NCBI RefSeq assembly: GCF_000143415.4
Contig: NW_003314361.1
Coordinates: 248,001-312,000, forward strand
DNA: 64,000 nucleotides
From: Selaginella moellendorffii
Taxonomy: Eukaryota; Plantae; Lycopodiophyta
Direction: 5' to 3'
This document shows, one piece after another, positions 1 through 13,057 of the stretch (position 1 is the stretch's first letter; each line of letters begins with the position of its first letter). The position numbers were made by a program, and so were the translations under genes. The notes beneath the pieces are model-generated. The model made no database searches. It was not told where the DNA came from and worked only from the letters and a program-made list of their open reading frames with translations.

Positions 1-373
1 AGACATCGCTGGGGCATCCAACGAGACCCTTGAGCTACAGAATCAACCCTAGCCCCCAGATTTCCAGCTCCGACACCTGGATCGCAGGCCCGCGCCCTGC
101 GCGCCGCCCGATGCCCCTCCACGCAACCCGCGCCGTGCCGCCGCCCTCCTCTAGCGCTCAAGAACACCACAAGGCCGCGGGGAAGGGAAAAGAAAAAGCC
201 TATTTCGCAAGCAATGGGCAATATAAAACACTCTGGAGCCACTCGCCGTAATAAAAAGGTACAAATGAGATTGCGCCACGTGGAAGACCTATTTCTTGAT
301 TTTTCTTCGCATTTGATAAGGTTATCTAAACTATACTACCAAACGATAAGGCAAAGCTTTTATATGTGTTTAT

Positions 374-1510
374 TTATTTACCTTTGATGTTGTCGAGCTT
401 CTTGGAGATGACGACCGCGGAGCACGTCACGATGATCCCCAGAGCGAGACCGGATGCCCACGAGTGAGCGTCAAATCTCTCGAACTCTGGAAGACACCGC
501 GACAGGAAACCTTTGATCATGGACTTGGTCTTCGCGATGGTTCCAGTTCCGCCACCACCGCTACCATGGTAATCGCCTCCATTCGTTGCTATGGATTCCA
601 CCGGGGGATGAGCGACGTCCACGAGAGGAGGTGGCGGCGGAGGAGCTTCGTGATGATCCAGCGCAATCTCATCGCTGCGTTCCTCGTAGACTTTGGCGAA
701 ACCTCCCAGTTCTGCTTTTGGATCCTCCCCCGCGATGAAATGCTGTTCTTTGATTTCCTGGGTCGTGTCCTCCACGGGCAGCTTTTCTTCTTCCTTTACC
801 TCCTCTTCGCGTGAATTATCTTCCTCCTCCTCCAGTTCTCGCAGTAAATTCGATCCCTTCTCGGTCACTGGCACTTGCTCTTCCTTCTCTCGTGGTAGCT
901 TGGCCTTCTCCTCGATCACTGGCACTTGGTCCTCCTGTTGGGCCTTCTCCTCGGTCACTGGCAGTTGTTCTTCCTGTTCTCGTGGTATCTCCTCGATTGG
1001 GGACACTTGTTCTTCCTGTTCTCGTGGTAACTTGGCTTTTTCCTCTGGCACTTGTTCTTCCTGTTCTCGTCGTAAGTTGGCCTTCTTCGCTGGCACTTGT
1101 TTTTCCTGGATCGCTGGTTCCTCTAAGTTCACAACTTGTTCTTCCTGTCCTCCTTTCTCGATCGCTGGTTCCTGCTCCGGCGGTACTTGTTCTTCCTCCT
1201 CCCATGGTAAGACGGCTTTCTTCTCGACCTCCGGTGCTTTTCCCTCCACCACTGGAGCTTCTTCTTGCTCTTCTTTTGTTTCCTCCAAATTCTCGTCCTT
1301 GTCGACCACCGGCAAGCTCGAATTTCCAATCGCGTCGTCCTCGTTGGAAGCTACATCGGTTTTTCCCGCCTGGGAATCAACGCCGTCGTCCACATTCCCG
1401 CTCCCTTTCTTGGGACCGGAAACCTCTAAATCGGAGATTACCTCGCCGCTCTCCGCGGCCTTGTTCGCGCCATCCTCGATCGATCGAGACTCTAGATTCG
1501 TCGCCTCCAT
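374..1510 (-). CDS. Glu-rich low-complexity protein with internal (L)PREQEEQV repeats and a C-terminal membrane anchor
   Basis: Long intronless ORF. The first in-frame ATG is at 1510 (MEATNLES...), just downstream of a telobox-like TAGGGTTTT. The C-terminus is a hydrophobic WASGLALGIIVTCSAVVI followed by a basic tail KKLDNIKGK. Confidence 0.75.
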   Translation of the reverse strand: MEATNLESRSIEDGANKAAESGEVISDLEVSGPKKGSGNVDDGVDSQAGKTDVASNEDDAIGNSSLPVVDKDENLEETKEEQEEAPVVEGKAPEVEKKAVLPWEEEEQVPPEQEPAIEKGGQEEQVVNLEEPAIQEKQVPAKKANLRREQEEQVPEEKAKLPREQEEQVSPIEEIPREQEEQLPVTEEKAQQEDQVPVIEEKAKLPREKEEQVPVTEKGSNLLRELEEEEDNSREEEVKEEEKLPVEDTTQEIKEQHFIAGEDPKAELGGFAKVYEERSDEIALDHHEAPPPPPPLVDVAHPPVESIATNGGDYHGSGGGGTGTIAKTKSMIKGFLSRCLPEFERFDAHSWASGLALGIIVTCSAVVISKKLDNIKGK

Positions 1511-1699
1511 CGCTTCCCTTTCTAAAACCCTAGCTCGCAAAGGAAAGTTTTTTACTTTTTTTAAACGACATTTAGCTAACGCTAACGTAATGGAAGAGAA
1601 AGCGCCGCGTCTTCCAGCATCGCGTCGCCATTCCCGCACAGAATGGGCCACGGTTGATGTCAGCTGAAGTAGTGAAAATTCCGGCTTCTTCAACCCAGC

Positions 1700-1787
1700 T
1701 ATGGCGGATTTGTGCTTCCCCTTGGCGGCAGGGGTCTTTCGAAGTGTTGCATGATCTGAGGGGCTGCCGCTGCTGCTCCACTAGCAT
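1700..1787 (-). pseudogene. Remnant of a PPR gene 5' end
   Basis: The minus strand reads CTCAGATCATGCAACACTTCGAAAGACC (LRSCNTSKD). This nearly matches CTCAGATCGTGCAACACTTCCAAGGACC near the start of the PPR at 19933. Confidence 0.5.
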
Positions 1788-1881
1788 CTACTGTTTGTCA
1801 AATCAAAGCTTCTTTGGGTCCGTTCTTCTTGGATCACATTTGCAAATGTTTTGGGAAATCTATGGATTGCTATAGGAGTAT

Positions 1882-4392
1882 ATGGAGGCCGTGAGGAGCT
1901 CTTACGCTACGACCCTGCGCCAGTGTCGAGATGCGGGGTCACTTCCGCAAGGTAGATCCATTCACCAAAAGATCATGCTCGCTCAACACACTTGTCAAGA
2001 CATATTTCTCATGAATTTGGTGCTCCAGATGTATGGCAAGTGTGGGAGCATCGCCGACGCAAAGTCCACATTTGATGCTATGGAAAGAACAAATGTTTTC
2101 TCGTGGAACATCATGATCGCTGCGTATGCCCAGAATGGGCATTACAAGGAGGCCATTGTTCTCTTCTGGGAGATGCGTTGTCCACCCTCGAGGATAACTT
2201 TCATCAACGTTCTCACCGCTTGTGCCGGTCTGGGAGATCTCGCGGAGCTGGAGGCCGTGCACCAGAGGATCGTCGACTCGTGCTCGGAGATGGCGCTGGA
2301 AACCGAGGTGGTGCTGGGCACCGCGCTCGTCAACACGTACTCCAAGTGTGGGAGCCTCGAGGCCGCGACGCGAGTGTTCCAGAGATTGCGAGCTCGAGAC
2401 AGCGTTTGCTTCAATGCCATGATCTCGGCGGCAGCGCAGCACGGGGATTTCTTTCTGGCGCTGGGATTCTTCCGGATGATGCAGCTGGAAGGCGTCCGAG
2501 AGACCTCCGCCACCCTCCTTGGCTTTGCGGCCGTGTGCATGGATCTCGACGTCGCCAAGAACATCCACGAGCGAGCTCGAGGCATCGGTCTCGACACTGA
2601 TCTCGCCACCATGAACTCGCTGATAACCATGTATGGGAACTGTGGTAGCAGCGAGAGATCCTGGGCGATCTTCTCCTCCATGGATATCAAGGATGTGATA
2701 TCGTGGAATGCGATGATCGGGTCTTTCTCTCAGTGTGGGGAGTTCCAGCGAGCGATGGAGCTCTCGCGGGTCATGGATCTCGAGGGCGTGAGATTCGTGG
2801 GCGTGACCTTCGTTCTCGTGCTGGGCGCTTGCGGGTTAAACGATGAATCGCCCAGAGACAGAGAGCTTCTCCACGATCGAGTGATGGATTCCGGCTACCA
2901 GGACAATCCAGTCGTTGGAAGCGCGCTGCTAAGCATGCATGGGCGATCTGGAGAGCTCGATCGTGCCGTGGAGGTTTTCGAACGCTTGGGTGATCCGGGA
3001 CTGGCGACTTACAATGCGATGCTCACGCAGTACGTCCAGCATGGTCGGGCGATGGAAGCGCTGGATCTCTTCAAGAGGATGAAACGCAGCGCGATGAAAC
3101 CCAACAAGGTGACGCTGATCAATCTGGTGGAAGCGTGTAGCGAGCTCGAGAACTTGGAAGATGGTCGAGAAATCCATCGCTGGATCGCAGCTCTCGAGCT
3201 AGAAAGCGATCTCGTGGTTGGAACTCTTCTCGTGAACATGTATGGCAGCTGTGGCAGCACCGACGATGCGCGATCCAGCTTTGCGAAGATCAAGCTCGTC
3301 GGAAGAACAGAGGAGGTGAGCGCTTGGAATGCCATGGCTGGAGCACTGGCACAGAACGATTGCCCCCGGGAAGCCATGGGAATTCTCCCGAGGATGGATT
3401 GCCAAGGAGTGAGAGCTGACGAGGTGAGCTTCATCAGCTTGCTGGGAGCTTGCGAGGATCTACAAACGGGCACCCAGCTCCACGATCGAGCTGTGGCTTG
3501 TGGCTTCGATCGCGATATCGTCGTCGCCACCGCGATAGTTAGCATGTACTCCAGATTGGGCGCAGTGGAGAAAGCACTGGAAGTGTTTCAGGGGATTCGA
3601 GAAAGAGATCTTGTCGCCTGGAACGCCATTGTTGCTGGATTTGCCCAGCACGGGCATTTGGAGGAATCGATTGGGCTTGTGCGGTGCATGGAGATCGAGG
3701 GAATGCGGCCCAACGAGACCGTGATGGCTACGATTGCCGGATCGTGCCAGAGCTCCACTCACGCTCACAAACTCCACAGATTCATCTCTAGCTGCTACAT
3801 GGAAGAAATGGATTGCTACGAATGGATTGGAGTGGCGATGATCCATATGTTCGCCAAGGCCGGGTGCCTGAGCGATGCTCGAGCCGTGTTTGATTCCATG
3901 GCGAAGAAGGGCGTGAGCCTCGCAGCGTGGAATTCCATGCTTGGAGCATACGCCCAGACCGGGCATGATCGCCATCGCCACAACCAAGCACTGCTGTTCT
4001 TCACGGAGATGGCACAGCTGGGAGTGGATCCCGACGGGACGACGTTTGTTTGCTTGCTCAATTCCTTGACCCACTCGGGGCTCCTGGCTCGATCTCGCGA
4101 TTGCTTCGTGGACATGGTGGGCGAATTCCAGATCGCGGCCACCAGCGAGCACTATGGCTGCGTGATCGATCTTCTCGGGCGGTGTGGGAGGCTCCGACAG
4201 GCAGAGGAGCTCATGAACACCATGCCATTCGTGCCGGATTCCATGGATTGGACGAGCTTGCTCAGCGCCTCCACAACCCACTCGGATCGAGGCATTGCCG
4301 AGCAATCGGCCTCCATAGCAGTAGCGCTAGATCCTGCGAATTCCGCCCCCTATGTTCTTCTCTCCAATGTGATTCGACATAGACGCTCCTAG
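1882..4392 (+). CDS. PLS-class pentatricopeptide repeat protein with E domain, no DYW (organellar RNA-editing factor type)
   Basis: 836-aa intronless ORF with P-L-S triplets (MYGKCGS...A..FD.M..NVFSWN.MI..YAQNG). It ends HYGCVIDLLGRCG...MPFVPD..W.SLL...APYVLLSN. Confidence 0.95.
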   Translation: MEAVRSSYATTLRQCRDAGSLPQGRSIHQKIMLAQHTCQDIFLMNLVLQMYGKCGSIADAKSTFDAMERTNVFSWNIMIAAYAQNGHYKEAIVLFWEMRCPPSRITFINVLTACAGLGDLAELEAVHQRIVDSCSEMALETEVVLGTALVNTYSKCGSLEAATRVFQRLRARDSVCFNAMISAAAQHGDFFLALGFFRMMQLEGVRETSATLLGFAAVCMDLDVAKNIHERARGIGLDTDLATMNSLITMYGNCGSSERSWAIFSSMDIKDVISWNAMIGSFSQCGEFQRAMELSRVMDLEGVRFVGVTFVLVLGACGLNDESPRDRELLHDRVMDSGYQDNPVVGSALLSMHGRSGELDRAVEVFERLGDPGLATYNAMLTQYVQHGRAMEALDLFKRMKRSAMKPNKVTLINLVEACSELENLEDGREIHRWIAALELESDLVVGTLLVNMYGSCGSTDDARSSFAKIKLVGRTEEVSAWNAMAGALAQNDCPREAMGILPRMDCQGVRADEVSFISLLGACEDLQTGTQLHDRAVACGFDRDIVVATAIVSMYSRLGAVEKALEVFQGIRERDLVAWNAIVAGFAQHGHLEESIGLVRCMEIEGMRPNETVMATIAGSCQSSTHAHKLHRFISSCYMEEMDCYEWIGVAMIHMFAKAGCLSDARAVFDSMAKKGVSLAAWNSMLGAYAQTGHDRHRHNQALLFFTEMAQLGVDPDGTTFVCLLNSLTHSGLLARSRDCFVDMVGEFQIAATSEHYGCVIDLLGRCGRLRQAEELMNTMPFVPDSMDWTSLLSASTTHSDRGIAEQSASIAVALDPANSAPYVLLSNVIRHRRS

Positions 4393-4425
4393 GGTTCTAG
4401 ATTAAAATATCTTCTTCTCTCTCAC

Positions 4426-4443
4426 GGGTTTAGGGTTTTAGGG
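4426..4443 (+). promoter_or_regulatory. Telobox-like elements upstream of the UMP kinase start
   Basis: GGGTTTAGGGTTTTAGGG, i.e. two TTTAGGG units, 22-40 bp before the ATG. Confidence 0.45.
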
Positions 4444-4464
4444 CATTTCGATGCCTTTGTAGGG

Positions 4465-5880
<1,416 letters not shown>

Positions 5881-6118
5881 GCTATTTCCTTGTCGCTCTT
5901 GCAGATGTTCTTCAATCTGTTTGTAATGAGAAGAAGAACGACGTTGCTTTTGCACGAAGGTTGACCACTTGTGCGTGTGATTCTTCCTCCGAGGCCGCGT
6001 TTTTCTGGTTAGCACGTTGACAACGTGCTTCAAGTAAGCAACTTCTGAAATTAATTCCTCGAGATTTTCATATCTCTTTCCGACTGAACTTTACAGCAGC
6101 CCCACGAGACGATAGAAC

Positions 6119-6700
6119 ATGGCTCTCGCCAGAGTTTCGGGTCATTCGTCCATTCAGCCGCTGCTTTTCTTCTCGGATGCTCCGCGCTGCAAAGTAAAAA
6201 AAGTAAGCTCCCTCCCTCCTTTCCTTTTGCGAGAACTTATCCTCCTTTTAAAAGGCTGCTAGTTTAATGTGCTCATGTGTGCCCAGATGACTTCTCGGAT
6301 CCAGTTTAAACGGACCACTCAATCAATGCATCGGTCGTGCAGCAGCAGTCCATCACAGGATGCATCAGCTAAACAAACAGCTCTTGCTTTACGTGGAGCG
6401 AGCGGTGAAGGTCAAAGCAGCGAGATTACCGCGGAGATGTGGCACTCGGACAAGGAGACAGAACGAGGAAGAGCCCAAGGCTCTGGCAGCAACGAACGAA
6501 GCCGAGCCAGTGGTGGGGAGCCATCTCTCCTTGTCGGCTTGTTGCTCCCGGGAATTTCCTATCCTCAGTTCTGTAAGTTACTGGTTTTTGTTTGTTTTCT
6601 TTGACCTTTTTCATTCGTTGTTGGAGGTGCTGCAAAGTCTGGCCAGAGCTGTTCGGTTTGGATTGTACCGCAAGCCTTGATTTCTCATGCGTAATCGAGG
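6119..6700 (+). CDS. Possible small multi-exon hypothetical gene
   Basis: ATG at 6119 with a transit-peptide-like start (MALARVSGHSSIQPLL) and two GTAAG donors with plausible acceptors. No recognisable domain, and the end is uncertain. Confidence 0.3.
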
Positions 6701-7039
6701 ATTCGTAGCATGTGAGCGAGAAAGAGGAATCCAGGCGGATACAGTGAAGCAAAGCCGTGTTTCTCTCCATCGCTTCTGTTCTGGACAACGAAAACGAAAC
6801 GAGAGATTCGTCCAACACGCAAGAACAACCAAACTCGAACAGGCGTTCGTTCCTGTTCTAGCAATTGGCTTGATTGGTGTGAAGTGTGGTGTGAGCTCTC
6901 TCGTCTTTGCAAGAGAGATCACGGAAAAAAAATTCATGACTGCCTATACTGTACACCACGCGAAACGCGATTCATACTCCTCGGGAAGAGAAAAAAAAGT
7001 ATGGGAAAGAATCTCACTCACTCACTCTCGCTGCTTTGC

Positions 7040-8769
7040 TCACCACCTTTGTCGCAGCCGAAAGGCCATGGCTTTCCTCCGGGCATCCAGCAAAGTCCTC
7101 TTGAATCGCGGCAAAGAGAGCCTCACATTCTGGCCCTCCAAGTAGATCTCCTTGACGACGGCCCATCCCTGCGTGCTGATCTTGGCCGGATCGGTGAGAA
7201 CCGTGTCGTTCTCGTCATACCTGTCGCTCAGCGAGCTCTCGCTGGCCTCGATCTCGTAGCCGATGTAGTCGAGGCCGAGCTTCTGCGCGGGCTGGCCGTA
7301 GTAGGCGGCGGCGGCCCACTTGGTTCCCAGCGGCACCACCTGGATGAACACCGATCCAGGGCGCATGAAGAGGAAGTGGGTCATGGCGGCGCCGTGGACG
7401 CCCAGCAGAACGTCGCTGGAATTCAGTGCGCGGTAGATCCTCTTGAGCTCGCTCGTCCGATCGGGCTTGCGAATCTCCACCCAGAAGCCCAGCTCCCGAG
7501 CCATGCCCACGATCTCGTCCAGGTTGAGGATGACGCGCGTGTCGTTCCTGGCGATGATTGTCAGCCTGGGCTGGCCGATCGAAGACGCTGGCGATGGTGG
7601 CGGTGGCTCCGGAGCTTGAGCCAGCTCCTCCTGATACGCGGCGTCGAGGAGGTTGCGGAAATCCACGATGGTCTGGTTGCCCGGCATGAGCGATGGCTCG
7701 ATGGCCATCTCGTCGTGGATGTGGAGGCCGACTGTCACCTCCGGGAAGCAGTGGATGCGCTCGTCGCGATCGAAATCGATGACGGGGTGATTGCTCATCT
7801 GGGCGATCACGTCGCCATACTTGGTGAGCCACCAGTTGTGGAGCTCCACTCCCACGAACACCACCTCGCGATTGAGGTGCTGGGATGTGATGTAGAGCGG
7901 GATCAATCCATCGTGGAATTCGTGGTACACATTGCCGGTGTAGCCGCCGGTGGTGAACACCACCGCTGGAACAGAGTGGTAGACATCGCATCTCCGCTCG
8001 GCCCCCTCGTGTTCTTCGCCTTGTCTGTGTTCTCCTTCGTGTTGATCGTCTTCTTGGGGCGATGGCGATGGAACCGCGCGGACTCTCACCTCGTGAACGA
8101 TGTCCATACAGCTCTGCTCCCACTTCCTCGTGTATGGCTTGATTCTCTCCTCGCCCAGCCGCGTGCTCGCGTTCTTGGCCACGAGCACGAAGGACGAGGA
8201 GCGCGAGTCCATCCGGACATCGCCCTTGAGGTAGCACACATCCGAGCGAGGATGGGAGCGATCGCACAGGAAGATCTCATCGCCAGTGCCCCCCAACCTC
8301 CCGGGCAAGAGCACGCTGTGCCCGCTGCTTCGCTCCTCTTCCTGGTATGGATTCTTGAGCTCGCGACGGTGATGGTTGTGGCGACTGCCACGATCGCGCG
8401 GGTGGTGCTCCATTGTGAAGTAGCTGGCGCTGGGCCATTGCAAATCGCGGTGGAGCTCCACTCTCGAGCTGACATCATCATCTGCTAGCATCGCCCATGG
8501 TCAGCGCAACACAGAGAGGAAGAGCGATCGATCGACCCACCTGATTGATAGTAGAAGGGGAAGATGGTCTCCAGATTGAGGGCGAGGAGGGAGAGCACCA
8601 AGAAGACGAGAAGAAACGATCCAATCCTGGGCGACGAGAGCGATGGTCCTCCCCATCTCCACTTCTTGGGCGATGGCGGCATAGCGGGGGAGATTTTCTT
8701 CATTGTTGTCGCGGCGCTGGCGGCCCCAAATCTTCCAAGCGCGGCTACTCTGCTGGGCGAAGAGGACAT
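7040..8769 (-). CDS. Glycosyltransferase family 61 (DUF563; xylan arabinosyl/xylosyltransferase-like), 2 exons
   Basis: Exon 1 (8541-8769) encodes an N-terminal transmembrane anchor. A ~56-bp GT-AG intron with a NAGNAG acceptor follows. Exon 2 has CDRSHPRSDVCYLKGDVR, FTTGGYTGNVYHEFHDG and GVHGAAMTHFLFMRPGSVFIQVVPLG. Confidence 0.93.
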
Positions 8770-8949
8770 GTTTCTATTGGAGCTATTTCAAAGCTAGACG
8801 GAATGTGGCGTGCCCTAGGATTCCAACCACAGTGACTGCCAGCCGTCGGTCAGCGCGGAATGGCGAGGGGATGTTGAAAGACGCGGCAATGGAAGGCTGG
8901 CTTCCTCTTCTTTTCCTCTCTTCCATTTCTTTCCTCGATTTTTTTTACG

Positions 8950-9532
8950 TTAAAAGAATGGAGCATCCTGATTAAAGTAGAAACTTTGTGCATGGGGAGA
9001 ATCTTCTTTAGCAAAGATTTTCGCTGTTCTTTCATGAAAAACTTCGTTTCCAGTTGCAAAGCACTCCCAGCTCCCACGATCTTGATGGGATACGAATCAA
9101 GTGTGTTTACCTTCCATATGCCACCACTGGAAATAAGACCAATGCCATGAGACTCGAAGAGGAATTTGCGGCATGAAGCCAGTGGAAAGATTGATCTGCC
9201 AGAGGAGACATTTGAAAGTTAAGGATCAAGTTGAGAGACATTGTATGAATTCCCACCTGGATGATAGAGACTGGAAATAAGCTATGCACACTCACTATTT
9301 TCTAGACCGAAGGAGAGATCAAGCCAAGGAACTTGACGACTCCTCCTCTCACCACAAGTTTTGCAATTGCAACAACCTAGAGAGACATACCCCAAGAATC
9401 TGCTTTACCATAGCCTTGATGTTTGCATCCTTTTTGCTGATAGAGAAGCACGTCAATGAAATCAACTCCCAGATGATCCAGACTGTGCATTACAACAATG
9501 TCAACCACCTCAGCTTTTTCTTCATTGCAACG
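8950..9532. repeat. Direct repeat, copy 1 (~600 bp)
   Basis: Colinear similarity, with indels, to 11091-11663 (e.g. CATCCTGATTAAAGTAGAAACTTTGTGCATGGGGAGAAT in both). Confidence 0.85.
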
Positions 9533-10094
9533 AACTTTATCTCTTTGAACTTCCTTCAAAGCCTAATACAACATCAAAGATGGAATGAGAAAATGAGAGC
9601 TTCAAACTAGAAAAACATCTACTAGATCATTTATCACTGTAAACTAATGAATGTTAATTTCATTGAATTTTAAATTTATATATAGAAGAATTATTTTAAA
9701 ATGTCACACTTAACATTTTTATATTGTCCAAAGACTCAAAAAAAAAAGTGAATGCAACTTCAAAATGTTAGAAAAATTTTAAACAAAAAAAAAACTAAAT
9801 AATAAAAGATATTTTATTATAAATTGCATTAAAAAGTAAATTAAAAAGTTTTTTAAAAAGGTGTTAATAGAAATTCACCAAATAAAATTGGGTGCTACCC
9901 TTCCAAAATAGTGTAAATCTTAAAAAAGAAACATTATTATAATGATGTGTGATGAAATAATATAGCTCAAAAAAATTATTAAATCTTAATAATAAAAATA
10001 TTTTTTAAATATTATAAAAGAAGTCATATTACCAAATACATTGAAGAACAAGTTAAACATGATAGTCATATTCCTTTTAAGCATTTGAAAATAT

Positions 10095-10114
10095 TAAAAT
10101 GATATTAAAATATC

Positions 10115-10170
<56 letters not shown>
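10095..10170. repeat. Compound (TA)n(TG)n microsatellite
   Basis: Directly visible in the sequence. Confidence 0.95.
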
Positions 10171-10175
<5 letters not shown>

Positions 10176-10694
10176 TATAAGCTTTACAATGACTCAAATA
10201 TAGTATATTCATTCCCAATTTACTTTTTAAAAAACTTTGAAAAATAAATATGTATTATAGTACTGGTGAATCATGAAAAACTAGCCTTACCCTTCATAAT
10301 TTTAAAATTAAAAATCTTAAAAATTTAATCAAAGAGTATAATAATAATATATTTAAACTATATTTAAATAATTTTAGAAAATATAGTAAAATATCTAATA
10401 ATGTTTCAATGCTATTTTAAATATTTAAATTAATAATATAATTAATTAATTAAAAATAATAAATAATAATATTTTTCTTGAAAAATGATTGATAACACTC
10501 CAGATCATGTTCTAAAAAGTTTAGTTTGTATTTTAAGATAGAAGATTTTATGATAAAGTTTTATGTGATAAATTAATATATCACAAAAACTATATTTATA
10601 AAAATATATTACTTTTAGCTAATGAAAAATTACAGAAAATATTATAATGATCTATGAAAATGTTGATAGTTTTTCTTTGAAGTTATATAGGTGT

Positions 10695-10870
10695 TATTAT
10701 TGTAAGCCTATAGTATTGTAAGCCTATAGTTTTTGAATATAGTTATATTATATAATTGTTTTAAAAATATAAGTTATTATATTTTATAGGATTATTGTAA
10801 GCCTATATTATTGTAAGCCTATAGTTTTTGAATATAGTTATATTATAAAATACTTTTATAAATATAAGTT
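10695..10870. repeat. AT-rich imperfect tandem repeats
   Basis: TATTGTAAGCCTATA occurs four times, within two longer units ending TTTTTGAATATAGTTATATTATA. Confidence 0.8.
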
Positions 10871-11090
10871 TTGGGATATATTGTTTTATCACACAGAAAT
10901 TTTATCCCAAAGAGTTTACTGAATGTTAATAAATAAAACATTTCATCAACTTCACAAAAAGGATTATCAAAAAAGTTGAAAAAAAGGTTAACATCGTACT
11001 CATGTTCCTTTTAAACTTGAAAATATAAAAAATTCATAAAAGTATTCTTCACCTCTTCCATTTCATTAAATATTTTACATTAAATATTGG

Positions 11091-11663
11091 TAAAAGGAAT
11101 GGAACATCCTGATTAAAGTAGAAACTTTGTGCATGGGGAGAATTTTGTTTAGCATTGATTTTCACTATTCTTTCATGAAAAACTTCATTTCCAGTTGCAA
11201 AGCACTTGCACCCTCCCAGCTCCCACGATCTTGATGGGATATGAATCACCTTCCATATGTCACCAGTGGAAATAAGACCAATGCCATGAGACTCAAAGAG
11301 GGATTTGTGGATGAAGCCAGTGGAAAAATTGATCTGCCAGAGGAGACATTTGAAAGTTAAGGATCAATTTAAGAGACATCATATGAATTCCCACCTGGAC
11401 AATAGAGACTGGAAATAAGCGATGTGCAACAAGTAGAGCAGCGCTTGATTGGTAGTCAAGCTGGACACGACCAAACCATGAAGGAGAGATCAAGCCAAGG
11501 AACTTGACGACTCCTTTGACCACAATTGCAACAACCTAGAGAGACATACCCAAGAATTAACTGTACCATAGCCTTGATGTTTGCATCCTTTTTTGGAGGC
11601 TGATAGAGATCTAGACTTTGCATTATAGCAGTATCAACCATCTTAGCCTTTCATCATTGCAAC
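11091..11663. repeat. Direct repeat, copy 2
   Basis: Matches 8950-9532. Confidence 0.85.
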
Positions 11664-13057
11664 CGGATCATAGACCGCATTATGGGGGTGCGTAGTTTGC
11701 ATTCCAGTCAGATTGTGCCAATGCACTTGTCACAGACTGGAGTGCCAAGCGACAATTCTTCATAGCCAAAGTCTCTACAGTCGTCTTGCATAAAGAGAAA
11801 TTTCGTTTCTTGCCAAACCATAATTTTGTGTTGGTGTTGATCCTTTTATGGCAGTCGAACGTACTTCTGAACAAATACTGCAGTAGAGATTGTGATTGTC
11901 CTCTATCCATTGTCCAACGCACTATAGACTTGCATCACCTCTTTGATGGTTTTGCACCAAACCTGTTATACAGTGAGTAGATCACCACGGAAATAAAAAG
12001 AAACAAACCTCCATCTATACTTGGACACTTTGCATCCATAGGATTGTGAGAGATTGAGACAATAGCTATGAGACTAGAAACCGAGACTTGGACTAGAAGA
12101 CATGCTGTGGAGGTCCCGGGGTGATCTTGCCGGATCTTCCTCCCTCTGGGGCTCCCAAGATCGAGGCCTTCCGAGAGACATTCCGCCTGGGGCGAGCATG
12201 TGCTCGTCTGAGTGGTCCGCAGCATCGCCGCTGGCTGTGTCGTGCATTGGTCCTGGCATCATCGGCATACCTTTGATCTGGTGGTAGCATGGCCATCCCC
12301 ATGCCTTGTGCGGGTGGGAGGTGGCTGCGTGAGTGGATCCGTCCCCTCGCAGTACTTGAGGTGAGTAGAAGGTTCTAAATCAACAAGGCTTTATTTAAGG
12401 GCTTTATTTATTTTATGAATGTGAATTAAAAGTACTTTAAGCGAAACCCTTAAGATTAAAGAAGGGCTAAGTTTTAAACCATTAAAATACTTAATGAATT
12501 TAAGGGGTAAAGGTGGTGTATGTGGTTAGGAAACAAATGAAAAGTATTTAAGTTGCTATGTTTACCATTGGCAAACATGTTGCCATGTTGACCAACATGT
12601 TTTTAAATTATAAATACAAGATTATTAATTATTATAATTATTCTTAATAATAAAATTAATACAAATATTAGATTAAATTAGAAATGGATAAGAAAATCAA
12701 GTGTTGTGCAAGATTTTATCATTTAAAATATTTTTCATGTTTTATAATGTTTTAACTATATAATTATTTTAATAATTATACTTAATAATATTGATAGTTC
12801 CTTTTAATTTAAAAAAAAATCCAAATAATTTTCTTTGTTGGGGATGAAATCCTTTAAAGAAATTATTTCCATAAGAATAGCTAAATTTTCTTAACCCAGC
12901 TTTTCCTTCATTTGGAGCATTAAGCATTCAACAAAAGCGTGATTTAAACTTATTTTAATATGTAATTCTATTTTTTTCCAGGAGGAAGTACTTGTTTACT
13001 AAGAACTAAACCTACTTAATTGTGCTCTTAACCATTGATTAATCAAAGGTACTGCCT

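Noticed and set aside
1-300. ORF 30-251 and a G-box (GCCACGTGG)
   Set aside because: More likely the 5' region of a minus-strand gene leaving the window. Its product cannot be identified.
693-1667. Ser-rich and Leu/Val-rich plus-strand ORFs
   Set aside because: Antisense shadows of the Glu-rich repeat gene.
1511-1693. N-terminal extension of the 439-aa ORF
   Set aside because: It begins at a non-ATG codon. The first in-frame ATG is at 1510.
6884-8488. 534-aa plus-strand ORF
   Set aside because: Antisense shadow of the GC-rich GT61 exon.
12070-12365. GC-rich exon-like island ending in a GTGAGT donor
   Set aside because: No sustained frame or recognisable product. Probably a gene fragment, but it cannot be assigned.
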